Of a stretch of 64,000 bases of DNA, positions 9,489 to 18,329 are shown piece after piece; within the stretch, counting starts at the first letter, position 1; the number at the start of each line of letters is the position of its first letter. The DNA comes from Deinococcales bacterium (GTDB lineage Bacteria; Deinococcota; Deinococci; Deinococcales; JAAFIG01). The translations under genes and the position numbers were made by a program. The notes under the pieces were generated by a model, which saw nothing but the letters and a program-made list of their open reading frames with translations, was not told the DNA's origin and searched no databases. The stretch covers positions 4,965,659 through 5,029,658 of the forward strand of contig OZ252252.1 in the NCBI GenBank assembly GCA_965249745.1, read 5' to 3'.

Positions 9489-9585
9489 TCACACTTCTCG
9501 AGATACTGGTCAGCCGCAAGCTCGGCTCAAAAGACGGGCTGACCTGTCTCAAAGTCTGGCTCGAGACCCAAACTGTCGTCAAGGA

Positions 9586-11067
9586 TCACGCCTCGATCCA
9601 GCTTTTGGAGCGCTCCACCGCCCGTTTCCAGCCCGCGTACAGACGGTCTCGAGTCGCGGCGTCGGAACGCGGTGTGAAGCGTTTCTCCAATTTCCAATGG
9701 TTCTTGATGCCCGCCAAGTCGAAGACGCCCGCCTGCAAGCCCGCCAGGTAAGCCGCCCCGAGCGCGGTCGTCTCGGTCACGACGGGCCGCTCCACGGGCA
9801 CGCCCAAGAGATCCGCCTGGAACTGCATCAGCAAGTCGTTGGCGGTCGCACCGCCATCCACGCGGAGCGCCTCGAGTTTGACCCCAGAATCCCGCTGCAT
9901 CGCTTCCAGCACGTCGCGCACCTGGTAGGCGATGGCTTCCAGGGCGGCCCGGGCGATGTGCGCCCGGCCCGTGCCGCGCGTCAACCCGATGATCGTGCCT
10001 CTGGCGTACGGGTCCCAGTAGGGCGCGCCGAGTCCGGCGAAGGCGGGCACGAGGTAGACGCCGCCGTTGTCGGGTACGCTCGCGGCCAGCGTTTCGACCT
10101 CTATCGCGTCGCGGAAGAATTTCATTTCGTCGCGCAGCCACTGCACGACCGCCCCCGCAATGAAGACGCTCCCCTCGAGCGCGTAGGTGGTCACGGTTTT
10201 CGCTGCCTCTTGAAGCTGCCAAGCGGGAGTCGTCAGCAAACCCGATTCGCTCGAGACGGCGGTTTCTCCGGTGTTCAGCAGCATGAAGCAACCCGTGCCG
10301 TAGGTGTTTTTCGCCATGCCCGGTTCCAAACAAGCTTGCCCGAACAGGGCCGCGTGCTGATCGCCCGCCACGCCCGCAATTGCTAAGCCGTTCAGCGCCT
10401 CCGCCACGCCGTACGCACCGCTCGAGGGGCGAACCTCGGGGAGTAAGGCACTGGGGAGGTTGAGAATCTCCAAGATTTCCGCGTCCCACTCCTGGCGGTG
10501 AATGTTAAACAGCAGTGTGCGTCCGGCGTTGGTGACATCGGTGGCGTGCGTCTTGCCGCCGGTCAGATTCCAGATCAACCAACTATCCACCGTTCCGAAC
10601 GCCAACTCGCCCGCTTCGGCTCTGGCGCGGACGCCCGGCACGTTTTCCAGCAGCCAACGCAGCTTTGTGCCGCTGAAGTACGGGTCTAGCAGCAAACCCG
10701 TTTTGGCTCTGAACAGCCTTTCAAAACCCCTGGCTTTCAACTCGTCGCAGAAGGCGGCGGTCCGCCGATCCTGCCAGACAATCGCGTTGTGAACCGGCTT
10801 TCCAGTGCTCCGCTCCCAGAGCACGGTCGTCTCGCGCTGATTGGTGATGCCGAGCGCCACGACCTCACCGAGCGCCCCGGACAGAGCCTCCCGAGCCGTC
10901 TGAAGCTGCGTGGACAGGATCTCGTTGGCGTCGTGTTCCACCCAGCCGGGTTGCGGGTAGAGCTGAGTCAACTCGCGCCCGGCCCGGCTGACGACGCGCC
11001 CGTCCTGGCTAAACACGATGGCTCGAGACGACGTGGTTCCCTGGTCCAGCGCGAGAATGTGTTTCAT
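9586..11067 (-). CDS. glpK: Glycerol kinase
   Basis: [19 protein letters not shown]..., [20 protein letters not shown] and GLGAPYWDP are canonical FGGY/GlpK motifs. I use the ATG at 11067 rather than the track start at 11313, which adds 82 non-homologous residues. Confidence 0.95.
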   Translation of the reverse strand: MKHILALDQGTTSSRAIVFSQDGRVVSRAGRELTQLYPQPGWVEHDANEILSTQLQTAREALSGALGEVVALGITNQRETTVLWERSTGKPVHNAIVWQDRRTAAFCDELKARGFERLFRAKTGLLLDPYFSGTKLRWLLENVPGVRARAEAGELAFGTVDSWLIWNLTGGKTHATDVTNAGRTLLFNIHRQEWDAEILEILNLPSALLPEVRPSSGAYGVAEALNGLAIAGVAGDQHAALFGQACLEPGMAKNTYGTGCFMLLNTGETAVSSESGLLTTPAWQLQEAAKTVTTYALEGSVFIAGAVVQWLRDEMKFFRDAIEVETLAASVPDNGGVYLVPAFAGLGAPYWDPYARGTIIGLTRGTGRAHIARAALEAIAYQVRDVLEAMQRDSGVKLEALRVDGGATANDLLMQFQADLLGVPVERPVVTETTALGAAYLAGLQAGVFDLAGIKNHWKLEKRFTPRSDAATRDRLYAGWKRAVERSKSWIEA

Positions 11068-11118
11068 CGGTGCGCGAATTCTAGGGCTTTTCTCGGGCTG
11101 CGGTAAGCTCAGCGCGTC

Positions 11119-12828
11119 GTGATGCCGCCCGAGCCACCCTCCGAAACACTGCCACGGACCCTGAGCGCGAACCTCGAGCGGTTGCGGCAGCTCAGCCCGA
11201 GACTCAACGGGAAACGGCTGTTGCTGGCGGTTTCTGGCGGGCGGGATTCGGTGGCGATGCTGCACTTGAGTCTGACAGTGGGCTGGGCGGTCGCGGTGGC
11301 GCACTTGGATCACGGGTTGCGGGAAACCTCGAGCGAGGATGCCGGTTTCGTGCAGGGATTAGCGTCAGGCTTGGGTCTGGAATTCGCCTCGGAGCGGGTG
11401 GACGTGGGCAGTATCGCCGCGCGGCGCGGCTGGGGCATCGAAGAGGCGGCGCGGCGCGTGCGCTACGAGTTTCTAGCGAGGGCCGCAAAAAATTTGGGCT
11501 GCGACACGATCCTGACCGCACACACCTTGGAGGACAACGCCGAGACCGTACTGCTGCAACTCTTGCGCGGCTCGGGCCGGGCGAGCGGGATTCCAGAGCG
11601 GCGCGGACGCGTGCTGCGCCCGCTGCTGAACCTGTCCAAGCGCGACCTCGAGACCTATCTGGTCGCACAGGGTCTCCCCTGGCGCGAGGACGAGTCCAAC
11701 GCCGACCAGGGCTTCAACCGCAACTGGCTGCGGCTGACGGTCTTACCGCTTTTGGAGACGCGCTTCCCCGGCGCGGGTCGGGCGTTGGCGCGCTACGCGG
11801 GCATCAGCCGCGCCGAGGACAGTCTGCTCGAGGCGCAGACGAGCGCCGTGCCAGACTGGGCGGACTGGAACCTAGAATCCGAGGCGATTCAACGCCGTTT
11901 GATTCGGCGCAGGCTCGAGGCATCGCAGGTGACGGTGGATTTCGCGCATCTGGAGGCGTTGCGACTGGCGCTTGGGAACGCGGCGACGACTCGAGTCTCA
12001 TTGCCGGGAAATCGCAGCGGGGTCGTGCAGGCGGGGAAGCTGCACGTGTTCGGCGGCATGCCAAACGGCGCGAACCTCAGGTGGCCGGAAGGCTTTGATT
12101 TCTCTGCCTTCCCGGATGCCAGACTGCGGACTCGAGCGCCTGGGGATCGAATTCGCCTCTCAAGTGGCACGCGGAAACTCTCCGATGTCTTGATTGACCG
12201 CAAACTCCCCAGGGAACTGCGCGACCGCCTCACCGTCGTGGTCGCACAGACAGGCGAAGTTCTCTGGACGGATTTACAGCCGCCCGTGACAGACATTCGC
12301 ATCGGCAAAACACGGGACGCCGAACTGGACGCCATGAAGCTGGCATTGACGTTAGCGAGGGAAGCCCTGGACGCCCGAGAGGTTCCCGTGGGAGCCGTGG
12401 TGATGCGCCAGCTACAAACCGACTTCGCGCCGCTCCAGTTAGAAGACCAACCGAAATTCAAGCTCAAAGCCGCAGTCAGATACGAGATCGTCGGACGCGG
12501 CCGGAACCGCTCGAAGGTCGCAGGTGATATGACCCGGCACGCCGAACTCGAGGCGATTCGAGAAGCCACCGCCGCGCTAAAAACCCCGTACCTGAACGAT
12601 TGCACCCTGGTCGTCACCTTAGAACCGTGCCTGATGTGCCTCGGGGCGGCGATCGAAGCTCGCGTCGGTCGCATCGTCTTCGCCGCCCGCAACCCCAAGA
12701 ACGGTGCGCTCGGCGGGGTTATAGACGCGACTCGAGCGGCTTGGAACCATCACCCCAGCGTGCGGACCGGGCTGCTCGAGCGCGAGGCGAGCGCGTTGCT
12801 GACGAATTTTTTTGCCCTTTTACGATAA
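11119..12828 (+). CDS. tilS: Fusion of tRNA(Ile)-lysidine synthetase (TilS) and tRNA adenosine(34) deaminase (TadA)
   Basis: The N-terminus has the PP-loop [15 protein letters not shown] and TilS-like [14 protein letters not shown]. The C-terminal ~170 aa carry the CDA zinc motifs [10 protein letters not shown] and [12 protein letters not shown]. Confidence 0.9.
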   Translation: MMPPEPPSETLPRTLSANLERLRQLSPRLNGKRLLLAVSGGRDSVAMLHLSLTVGWAVAVAHLDHGLRETSSEDAGFVQGLASGLGLEFASERVDVGSIAARRGWGIEEAARRVRYEFLARAAKNLGCDTILTAHTLEDNAETVLLQLLRGSGRASGIPERRGRVLRPLLNLSKRDLETYLVAQGLPWREDESNADQGFNRNWLRLTVLPLLETRFPGAGRALARYAGISRAEDSLLEAQTSAVPDWADWNLESEAIQRRLIRRRLEASQVTVDFAHLEALRLALGNAATTRVSLPGNRSGVVQAGKLHVFGGMPNGANLRWPEGFDFSAFPDARLRTRAPGDRIRLSSGTRKLSDVLIDRKLPRELRDRLTVVVAQTGEVLWTDLQPPVTDIRIGKTRDAELDAMKLALTLAREALDAREVPVGAVVMRQLQTDFAPLQLEDQPKFKLKAAVRYEIVGRGRNRSKVAGDMTRHAELEAIREATAALKTPYLNDCTLVVTLEPCLMCLGAAIEARVGRIVFAARNPKNGALGGVIDATRAAWNHHPSVRTGLLEREASALLTNFFALLR

Positions 12829-12944
12829 GAGAGGAGGCTTCTAAACACTTTGATCTAACTGCGGGAAAAAACTCAAGATTTGCTGTCTCTGACACGATTT
12901 GAAACAATAGTGGCTACCAAATGCCGGTAAGGAAAGGTAACCAC

Positions 12945-13154
12945 ATGCAGCATAGACCCATCCAAGACGGGACGATGTCGTTACACTTTTGTCCCGTAGT
13001 TAGCACTTTGATTGCCTGGTCGCTGCTGACAGAAGACGATGTGATTCGGATTATGCAGTCACTGCACCATGTACTGGGCCTTAAGAAACTGTTGCAGAAA
13101 TATTTTCAGAAACAGCAAACGTTATTCGAAAAGACATCCAGATTGTTATGGTGA
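12945..13154 (+). CDS. Small hypothetical ORF at the island edge (doubtful)
   Basis: The ORF-track entry is 12921..13154. The internal ATG at 12945 follows AAGGAAAGG. I recognise no motif and it may be non-coding. Confidence 0.2.
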   Translation: MQHRPIQDGTMSLHFCPVVSTLIAWSLLTEDDVIRIMQSLHHVLGLKKLLQKYFQKQQTLFEKTSRLLW

Positions 13155-13159
13155 CAAAA

Positions 13160-13190
13160 AAATGCTAAATCTCAAAATCCGTTTAGAAAT
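13160..13190. repeat. Left copy of the island-flanking direct repeat
   Basis: AAATGCT (13160-13166), CTCAAAATCCG (13171-13181) and TAGAAAT (13184-13190) recur in the same order at 18280-18329. Confidence 0.55.
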
Positions 13191-14132
13191 CTATATCGAA
13201 ATTAAAATACATTTATCTGAGGGCGCGGAATAGCTGTCAGAATTATAAATTGCCATTTGAGAATAGCAAATTTGCACATCTTCCTTTTCGAGAGCGAGTA
13301 ATCCAGCCCCAAGAGTAGAAATTTTGTTATTCAATGGCACGATTACAGTTCCGTATTCATTAAAACGATCTAGTTGAGTGGCAATATCAAACTTTGTCCT
13401 TGCTGGATCTGCAAGTGAAAACGTAAATTCTTTCACACTTGCTCCGTAATAGCTGACCAATTCCGCAACAAAGTTGCTGTTACGCTCAAAGAATGTGGGA
13501 TTCATTGAATCTTCTTTTCTTCCTACACCGATAGAAATTAAGTCAGGTTCGAGAATATCAAGTGTGTCACGAGCGCGGTCTATCTCAAAGCCTGCTAGAA
13601 CTACAGCATGAAGTGGCTTTGCACTTCCTAGTAATCCAGAATACCCTACTACCGACCTGAGTTTGATCAAACGTTTACTAAGCCATTCATAGTTCATTTC
13701 ATCAGCAGGGTTGTAAACAAATATTAGTTGTTTACTTTGATCTTGTCCCTTCCAGTTCCAAAGCAGTTTTAACAACATTAACAACATTTCTCGCGTAAAA
13801 GTGGTGATGTCTGCTACTACAACGTTAGCGTTGTTAAGATTCGCATTTTGTAACCCATCGGATAATGCGTCTGCTGAGACTAATGGAGACACAGAACTGA
13901 ATCGAGTATGTATCAATTTTTCGCCTAAAGCCTGTTGTATCAATATGTAGTTTTCATTCGATAAATCTTCAAATTCTTGAACTTGACCAACAATACTTAC
14001 TCCAATTGCGTTCGGGTCGAGAGCTAGCGCAATTGATAGAGATCGCTTTTCAAAGCTGGCACAACAAATAAAGATATCAATCTCTTTAGGTAGTGAAGCC
14101 CTTGCGTCTTTAAGAAATACTGTATGAATCAT
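13191..14132 (-). CDS. Unknown protein, fourth gene of the island operon
   Basis: 313-aa ORF whose start overlaps the upstream stop by 4 nt. I recognise no catalytic motif. The pattern suggests two alpha/beta (Rossmann-like) halves: IDIFICCASFEKRS...NVVVADITTFTREML and HAVVLAGFEIDRARD. Confidence 0.75.
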   Translation of the reverse strand: MIHTVFLKDARASLPKEIDIFICCASFEKRSLSIALALDPNAIGVSIVGQVQEFEDLSNENYILIQQALGEKLIHTRFSSVSPLVSADALSDGLQNANLNNANVVVADITTFTREMLLMLLKLLWNWKGQDQSKQLIFVYNPADEMNYEWLSKRLIKLRSVVGYSGLLGSAKPLHAVVLAGFEIDRARDTLDILEPDLISIGVGRKEDSMNPTFFERNSNFVAELVSYYGASVKEFTFSLADPARTKFDIATQLDRFNEYGTVIVPLNNKISTLGAGLLALEKEDVQICYSQMAIYNSDSYSAPSDKCILISI

Positions 14133-15937
14133 TCGTCCTCCTCTATAGGAAAAAGACTTTCCATACGATGGTCTGGAACTGGCGTTCCCTTTACAATTCG
14201 TTGTCTTACAAACTGTTCTGAGTCAGTGCAAGCAATCTCGAGGTCATTTGCACTAACTTGAAGATATCCTGCATAGCCTGACGGATCAATCTTAAAATAT
14301 GGAGCGAGTCGTCTACTGAGAATATATTGACGCTTCCTACCAATTCCCTCTTTAGTTGTGACTGTAGAGATTTGAAGATAATTCCATTCAACTCCAAGTT
14401 TCAAAACACTCTCCACTAGAGGAGATAACTGATCTGAAACCATGATTGAAATGAGTCTACGTTCTGAAGCGTGTTCATCGAGAATACGAGTGCGGAAAGC
14501 TTTTCCGAGAGAATTTAAGAATGTCCTCAAATGTTCACTTATTTGACCCGCATGATCTATACGCTCTACTTGATTAGACTCTGACACTTTCAGTTTATCA
14601 AAATTTGAGAGTATAAACTCTTCAGACCACTGGGCAATTACTGTGTTCTGGATAGTATGAGGGATACTTATTACAGGTTCTGATTGTTCGTTTTGCGCTA
14701 CCACAGCGCTCCACATTAAAGATGCTGGTTCAAGAAACTGGCGGATAATTCCCGAAGAAATGTTCACTATACTTTTGAATCCTGCATAACTATAAGTTGC
14801 ACTATTTTTGCTCTTACCTGCTAATTCACGCATGTATTCTGGTCGAGCGTATCGAGTTGAATCATCTGATGCTCGATAGCCTCGTCCTTCCCCATCGTCG
14901 TGTTTTTGGCGAAGAGCTATACCAATTTGTTTAATTTTCTCTTCTTGCTCTTGATTCTGTGGGAAAAAATCAACTGGATTACACTGAATATTTGCAACTT
15001 CAAGACGACGTTTAACAATGGCTTCTACTCTTTGATAATAATGATTTATATTTGATGTATAAATCGTATTTACATTAATTTCATTATAATCATGAGGGCT
15101 TTCGATAAGCTGTCCAGAAACTGTACGATAAGTCTTATATCGATATTGTGTACTAATCTTAAGACATAAATACTTAGTTGTACGACAAGATACCCATGAA
15201 TTTAAAATTCGTTGCATATTTTCATCTAAAATATCAGCATCATCGAGCATTACAAAAATTGGCGCATCGGGTGTAAAACTTAATGACTGAATACTTTCAG
15301 CTAAAGGCACTAAAAAATCAAGATAACCAGCAAGAGTTCCCTGAAACGCTGGTAAATTCTTATTAAAAGATAGTAATTTTAAATAGCGTAACGCAGAAAG
15401 AATTTCTTTCTCACAGATTTGAGCCATTAAGTAAAAAATATTGCTTGATGAATTAGGAGGATTTTCGGGTTCTTGTAACCATCCAATTCCACTGAGTAAG
15501 TTTAAAAATGTCCGCGAGTATAGTTTCTGAATCTCAACACTATACTCATCAAGATTAAAACTTGTGCTCAAATCAGCAAATCCTAAAATAATTTTATGTG
15601 CAACTCGCATACACAAAATATGCTCTGCAAACGTAACAAATTGTGATCCTGCAAGACGTTCAAATTCTGGAACGGTGAGATTCGCTGAACGTAGCGGAAT
15701 ATGAAATGCTAGATGGTCAAGTTCCGAAAGTTTAGCTACTTTCCCTGCTGCAAGCTGCACTCGCGGCTCGAGATAACGTAACATCATGCTCTTACCTGTC
15801 CCCCTCGAGCCGTGAATAAAAGTATGACTAACCACTTTTAATTGCGGGTAGTCAGACATTGCTTCAACAATAAATAACTTAGCCACAAGTTCGGGAGTTA
15901 AAGATTCAGGAGTTGTAACACTAAATGGATTATCCAT
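14129..15937 (-). CDS. P-loop NTPase (AAA/ORC-Cdc6-like N-terminal domain) with a large uncharacterised C-terminal region
   Basis: Walker A is TFIHGSRGTGKSMMLRYL and Walker B-like is PIFVMLDDADIL. The 602-aa ORF overlaps the upstream gene by 8 nt (ATGGATAA). Confidence 0.85.
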   Translation of the reverse strand: MDNPFSVTTPESLTPELVAKLFIVEAMSDYPQLKVVSHTFIHGSRGTGKSMMLRYLEPRVQLAAGKVAKLSELDHLAFHIPLRSANLTVPEFERLAGSQFVTFAEHILCMRVAHKIILGFADLSTSFNLDEYSVEIQKLYSRTFLNLLSGIGWLQEPENPPNSSSNIFYLMAQICEKEILSALRYLKLLSFNKNLPAFQGTLAGYLDFLVPLAESIQSLSFTPDAPIFVMLDDADILDENMQRILNSWVSCRTTKYLCLKISTQYRYKTYRTVSGQLIESPHDYNEINVNTIYTSNINHYYQRVEAIVKRRLEVANIQCNPVDFFPQNQEQEEKIKQIGIALRQKHDDGEGRGYRASDDSTRYARPEYMRELAGKSKNSATYSYAGFKSIVNISSGIIRQFLEPASLMWSAVVAQNEQSEPVISIPHTIQNTVIAQWSEEFILSNFDKLKVSESNQVERIDHAGQISEHLRTFLNSLGKAFRTRILDEHASERRLISIMVSDQLSPLVESVLKLGVEWNYLQISTVTTKEGIGRKRQYILSRRLAPYFKIDPSGYAGYLQVSANDLEIACTDSEQFVRQRIVKGTPVPDHRMESLFPIEEDE

Positions 15938-16976
15938 TAGAAAAACCTTTCTCTAATCGATTATGCAGCACAACCCCACTCCATTCAGGGTATTTCGTCG
16001 ATATAGAATTTTGTAAATTTGGATATCCTTCATCTCTAAGTTGAAAAGTCTCATGCTCTATTGTATCTAAGCTAGAATCTGAGCATATTTCTACATGTGC
16101 ATGGATTAAATCCACCCGAACAGCTTCTAGCATAAATCTCGAGCAATATAATCTTTCCATATTCATTTTATCTAATCGTTCAAGAATAAAATCTATTAAG
16201 TAAATATTTTTTAAACCTAATGAGTATTTTCTTATGGTTTTTTCTTTCGGTATTTTAAATTCAATTCTAACCGATCTTCCTTCATAGTCATATTTTACGC
16301 TATCAATTGAGTTTGCATACTGATGATGCACTTCACTTTCTTGCAAAATGCCTGATTCGTCTTCAACTAGTGCCGAGCTAGTACGATATCGATCTTCGCA
16401 AATCTCATCCGCAAAACGTAAAATTGCCGCCAGCAGTTGAGGTCGATACGAAACACCCCCAAAATCTTTTGAAATGGCGAACGGATGCTGCCCGATTGTG
16501 TCTTTAGAATTATTTCTCATTCCGCCGTGAGCTTCTGCAACTATACTGATGTTTTTTGCTTCAAATCTATCAATTAAACCGTTGCCAAGATCGTTTAAAA
16601 TTCTAAAAACTTGACCTTCATGTCCCTCACGTCCATACAAATTTCCTGCATCGTGTATTAAAATTGCAACAAGTAGAACATATGTCTCATACGGCAATAA
16701 TTTATATTCTGACAAACTATTATTTAAACCCAAAAGCATACCTGCATGTTTAATTACTGTATCAATATGTTTTACACCATGATCTGTTAAAACTCTACTA
16801 CTATTATTTGTATATCCAATCCATTGATAATAGTTATCACATAGATATTTTTTAATTGATACATATTTAGCAAGGTATGTTAAATCACCATTAGGAAACA
16901 TTATGCCACTTACACTTTGCTCAATCAGTTTCCGTTCAAGTGGGAGCGTTAGCGTCGGGTGAGACGATTGATTCAT
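15930..16976 (-). CDS. HD-domain metal-dependent phosphohydrolase or nuclease
   Basis: The H...HD...H...D pattern is present: DHGVKHIDTVIKH, LVAILIHDAGNLYGREGHEGQ, VAEAHGG and RFADEICED. The 348-aa ORF overlaps the MTase stop by 4 nt. Confidence 0.85.
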   Translation of the reverse strand: MNQSSHPTLTLPLERKLIEQSVSGIMFPNGDLTYLAKYVSIKKYLCDNYYQWIGYTNNSSRVLTDHGVKHIDTVIKHAGMLLGLNNSLSEYKLLPYETYVLLVAILIHDAGNLYGREGHEGQVFRILNDLGNGLIDRFEAKNISIVAEAHGGMRNNSKDTIGQHPFAISKDFGGVSYRPQLLAAILRFADEICEDRYRTSSALVEDESGILQESEVHHQYANSIDSVKYDYEGRSVRIEFKIPKEKTIRKYSLGLKNIYLIDFILERLDKMNMERLYCSRFMLEAVRVDLIHAHVEICSDSSLDTIEHETFQLRDEGYPNLQNSISTKYPEWSGVVLHNRLEKGFSNG

Positions 16977-18025
16977 TGTGCATTGAGTCCTGTAATTTGC
17001 GAAAAGAGTGCTTGTGCTAAAAGGGGTGGAACAGCATTACCAACTTGTTGTTGTTGAAATCCGATAGAGCCAACAAACGTAAACGAATCAGGGAATGATT
17101 GCAATCTTGCTGCTTCACGAACTGAAAGACCCCTATCACTCCAAGGATGAACAAGCATATTTTTCCTAAAATTACCAATAACAACGGAGGGTCTATCAGC
17201 GTGTAGTCTTCGATAGATTCCTGTATGGCAACCATTGACATTTGTATAATTTTTCATAAGTTTTGGCGGTATATTTTCCCAATTACCACCTTGCGGAATG
17301 TGAGAGTAGCGCTCAAGAATCTGTGGTGCATTCCTAGTGACAAGGTGGTTTGAGCAAGATCGCAAATTTCCTCGAAGCACTTGCGCGTATGCAGATGGTG
17401 CAGTACGTCTGTAACGTTTCTTATCTTCATTTGCACCATTTTCTAGCACTGGAAGGTCATCAATAGCTTGAGCAACCGTGACAATTTCATCCTGCGCTAA
17501 TGGAGCTTCAATTGCGAGACCTTCACGTGAACCTATTACAAATAGCCTTGATCTATTTTGTGGAACTCCAAAATCCATTGCATTCAGAACAAAATCTGAT
17601 GTTGTATAACCTAAGTCATTTAACCCTTGAAGAATTTCGTCAAAAAACGAGCCGCCATCAGTTTCCAAGATGCCTTTTACATTTTCAAAAACTACCCAAT
17701 GTGGATTGATTTCCCTAACAATGCGAAGGTACTCGGTAAAAAGCCAGTTATCTGGATTTCCAACTGATCGAGTTTTTTGGTTGGATGTTGAAAAGCCTTG
17801 GCAGGGTGGTCCACCAAAAACAATGATTTCTTCGTCGCTTTCTGGTAGGGCAAGACCCGTCACCTTCCGAATATCTTGCTGAATCATGTTAACGCCTGAG
17901 TGATTTTGCTGATACGTTGCTGCCGCATAGAAATCCGCTTCAACAGCATGCAACACTCGTATCCCTGAAAGTTGAGCACCAACTGACATTCCTCCTGCGC
18001 CAGAAAACAAGTCAATGCCAATCAT
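16973..18025 (-). CDS. DNA (cytosine-5)-methyltransferase
   Basis: All canonical m5C motifs are present: I DLFSGAGGMS, IV GGPPCQGFS, VI ENVKGIL, VIII QNRSRLFVIG, IX REAARLQSFPD and X GNAVPPLL. A ~100-aa variable target-recognition region lies between VIII and IX. Confidence 0.95.
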   Translation of the reverse strand: MIGIDLFSGAGGMSVGAQLSGIRVLHAVEADFYAAATYQQNHSGVNMIQQDIRKVTGLALPESDEEIIVFGGPPCQGFSTSNQKTRSVGNPDNWLFTEYLRIVREINPHWVVFENVKGILETDGGSFFDEILQGLNDLGYTTSDFVLNAMDFGVPQNRSRLFVIGSREGLAIEAPLAQDEIVTVAQAIDDLPVLENGANEDKKRYRRTAPSAYAQVLRGNLRSCSNHLVTRNAPQILERYSHIPQGGNWENIPPKLMKNYTNVNGCHTGIYRRLHADRPSVVIGNFRKNMLVHPWSDRGLSVREAARLQSFPDSFTFVGSIGFQQQQVGNAVPPLLAQALFSQITGLNAQ

Positions 18026-18032
18026 TCGTAAA

Positions 18033-18063
18033 ATTTTAACATTTTGGATGTATCGCCTGTCAA
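18033..18063 (-). promoter_or_regulatory. Candidate promoter of the island operon, possibly producing a leaderless mRNA
   Basis: On the minus strand, TTGACA (18063-18058) is followed by a 19-nt spacer and TAAAAT (18038-18033). Only 7 nt separate this -10 from the MTase ATG (18025), and there is no Shine-Dalgarno. The spacer is longer than optimal. Confidence 0.35.
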
Positions 18064-18079
18064 AGGAATACCCTCGGTA

Positions 18080-18095
18080 AGAGTAAAATTACTCT
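18080..18095. promoter_or_regulatory. Palindrome upstream of the island promoter (candidate operator)
   Basis: AGAGTAA-AA-TTACTCT has 7-bp perfect arms and lies about 17 nt upstream of the putative -35. Confidence 0.3.
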
Positions 18096-18279
18096 GATCT
18101 ACCACGAAATCTCGAGCCTTATCTACTCGGCATTTAAAGGTCTGTTGCTCCCAAGTTACCCTCTACCAACGCGTCGAATCATTAACCGCTCGAGTTCGAG
18201 TATTCGACAAACTTGGTATAGCAGTCCCAAACACGAAAAAGTGAAGTGGTAGATTCTTGCATGAACATGCCATGACCAG

Positions 18280-18329
18280 AAATGCTTTAACTTAGCCAAG
18301 CCCTCAAAATCCGAAACTGCTCTAGAAAT
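18280..18329. repeat. Right copy of the island-flanking direct repeat (overlaps the rodA stop)
   Basis: AAATGCT (18280-18286), CTCAAAATCCG (18303-18313) and TAGAAAT (18323-18329) are collinear with 13160-13190 but carry two extra internal segments. Confidence 0.55.

Larger units (their letters stand above)
12829..18321. mobile_element. Low-GC genomic island (no integrase or transposase seen) carrying the four-gene MTase operon
   Basis: Hand-sampled lines inside give 28-33% GC, against more than 60% in the flanking tilS-tadA and rodA. The island is bracketed by collinear direct-repeat blocks at 13160-13190 and 18280-18329. Confidence 0.7.

Noticed and set aside
9466-10489. 306-aa plus-strand and 320-aa minus-strand ORFs overlapping glpK
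   Set aside because: GlpK motifs unambiguously define the coding frame. The alternative frames are low-complexity and Arg/Gly-rich.
11889-12698. 269-aa ORF antisense to tilS-tadA
   Set aside because: It is antisense to a gene with clear PP-loop and deaminase motifs, has a Ser/Arg/Ala-rich composition and carries no motif.
13191-14132. Possible CARF/DxTHG-like sensor identity for the 313-aa island protein (IFICCASFEKRS and VVADITTFTRE resemble CARF strand-loop motifs)
   Set aside because: The resemblance rests on two short motifs without the conserved His-Gly, which is too weak to report as an annotation. It needs profile or structure comparison.
12829-18321. Search for an integrase, transposase, tRNA attachment site, Vsr endonuclease or C-protein controller in the island
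   Set aside because: None was found in any frame. The only extra ORF (12921..13154) has no recognisable motif, so the mobility mechanism remains unknown.
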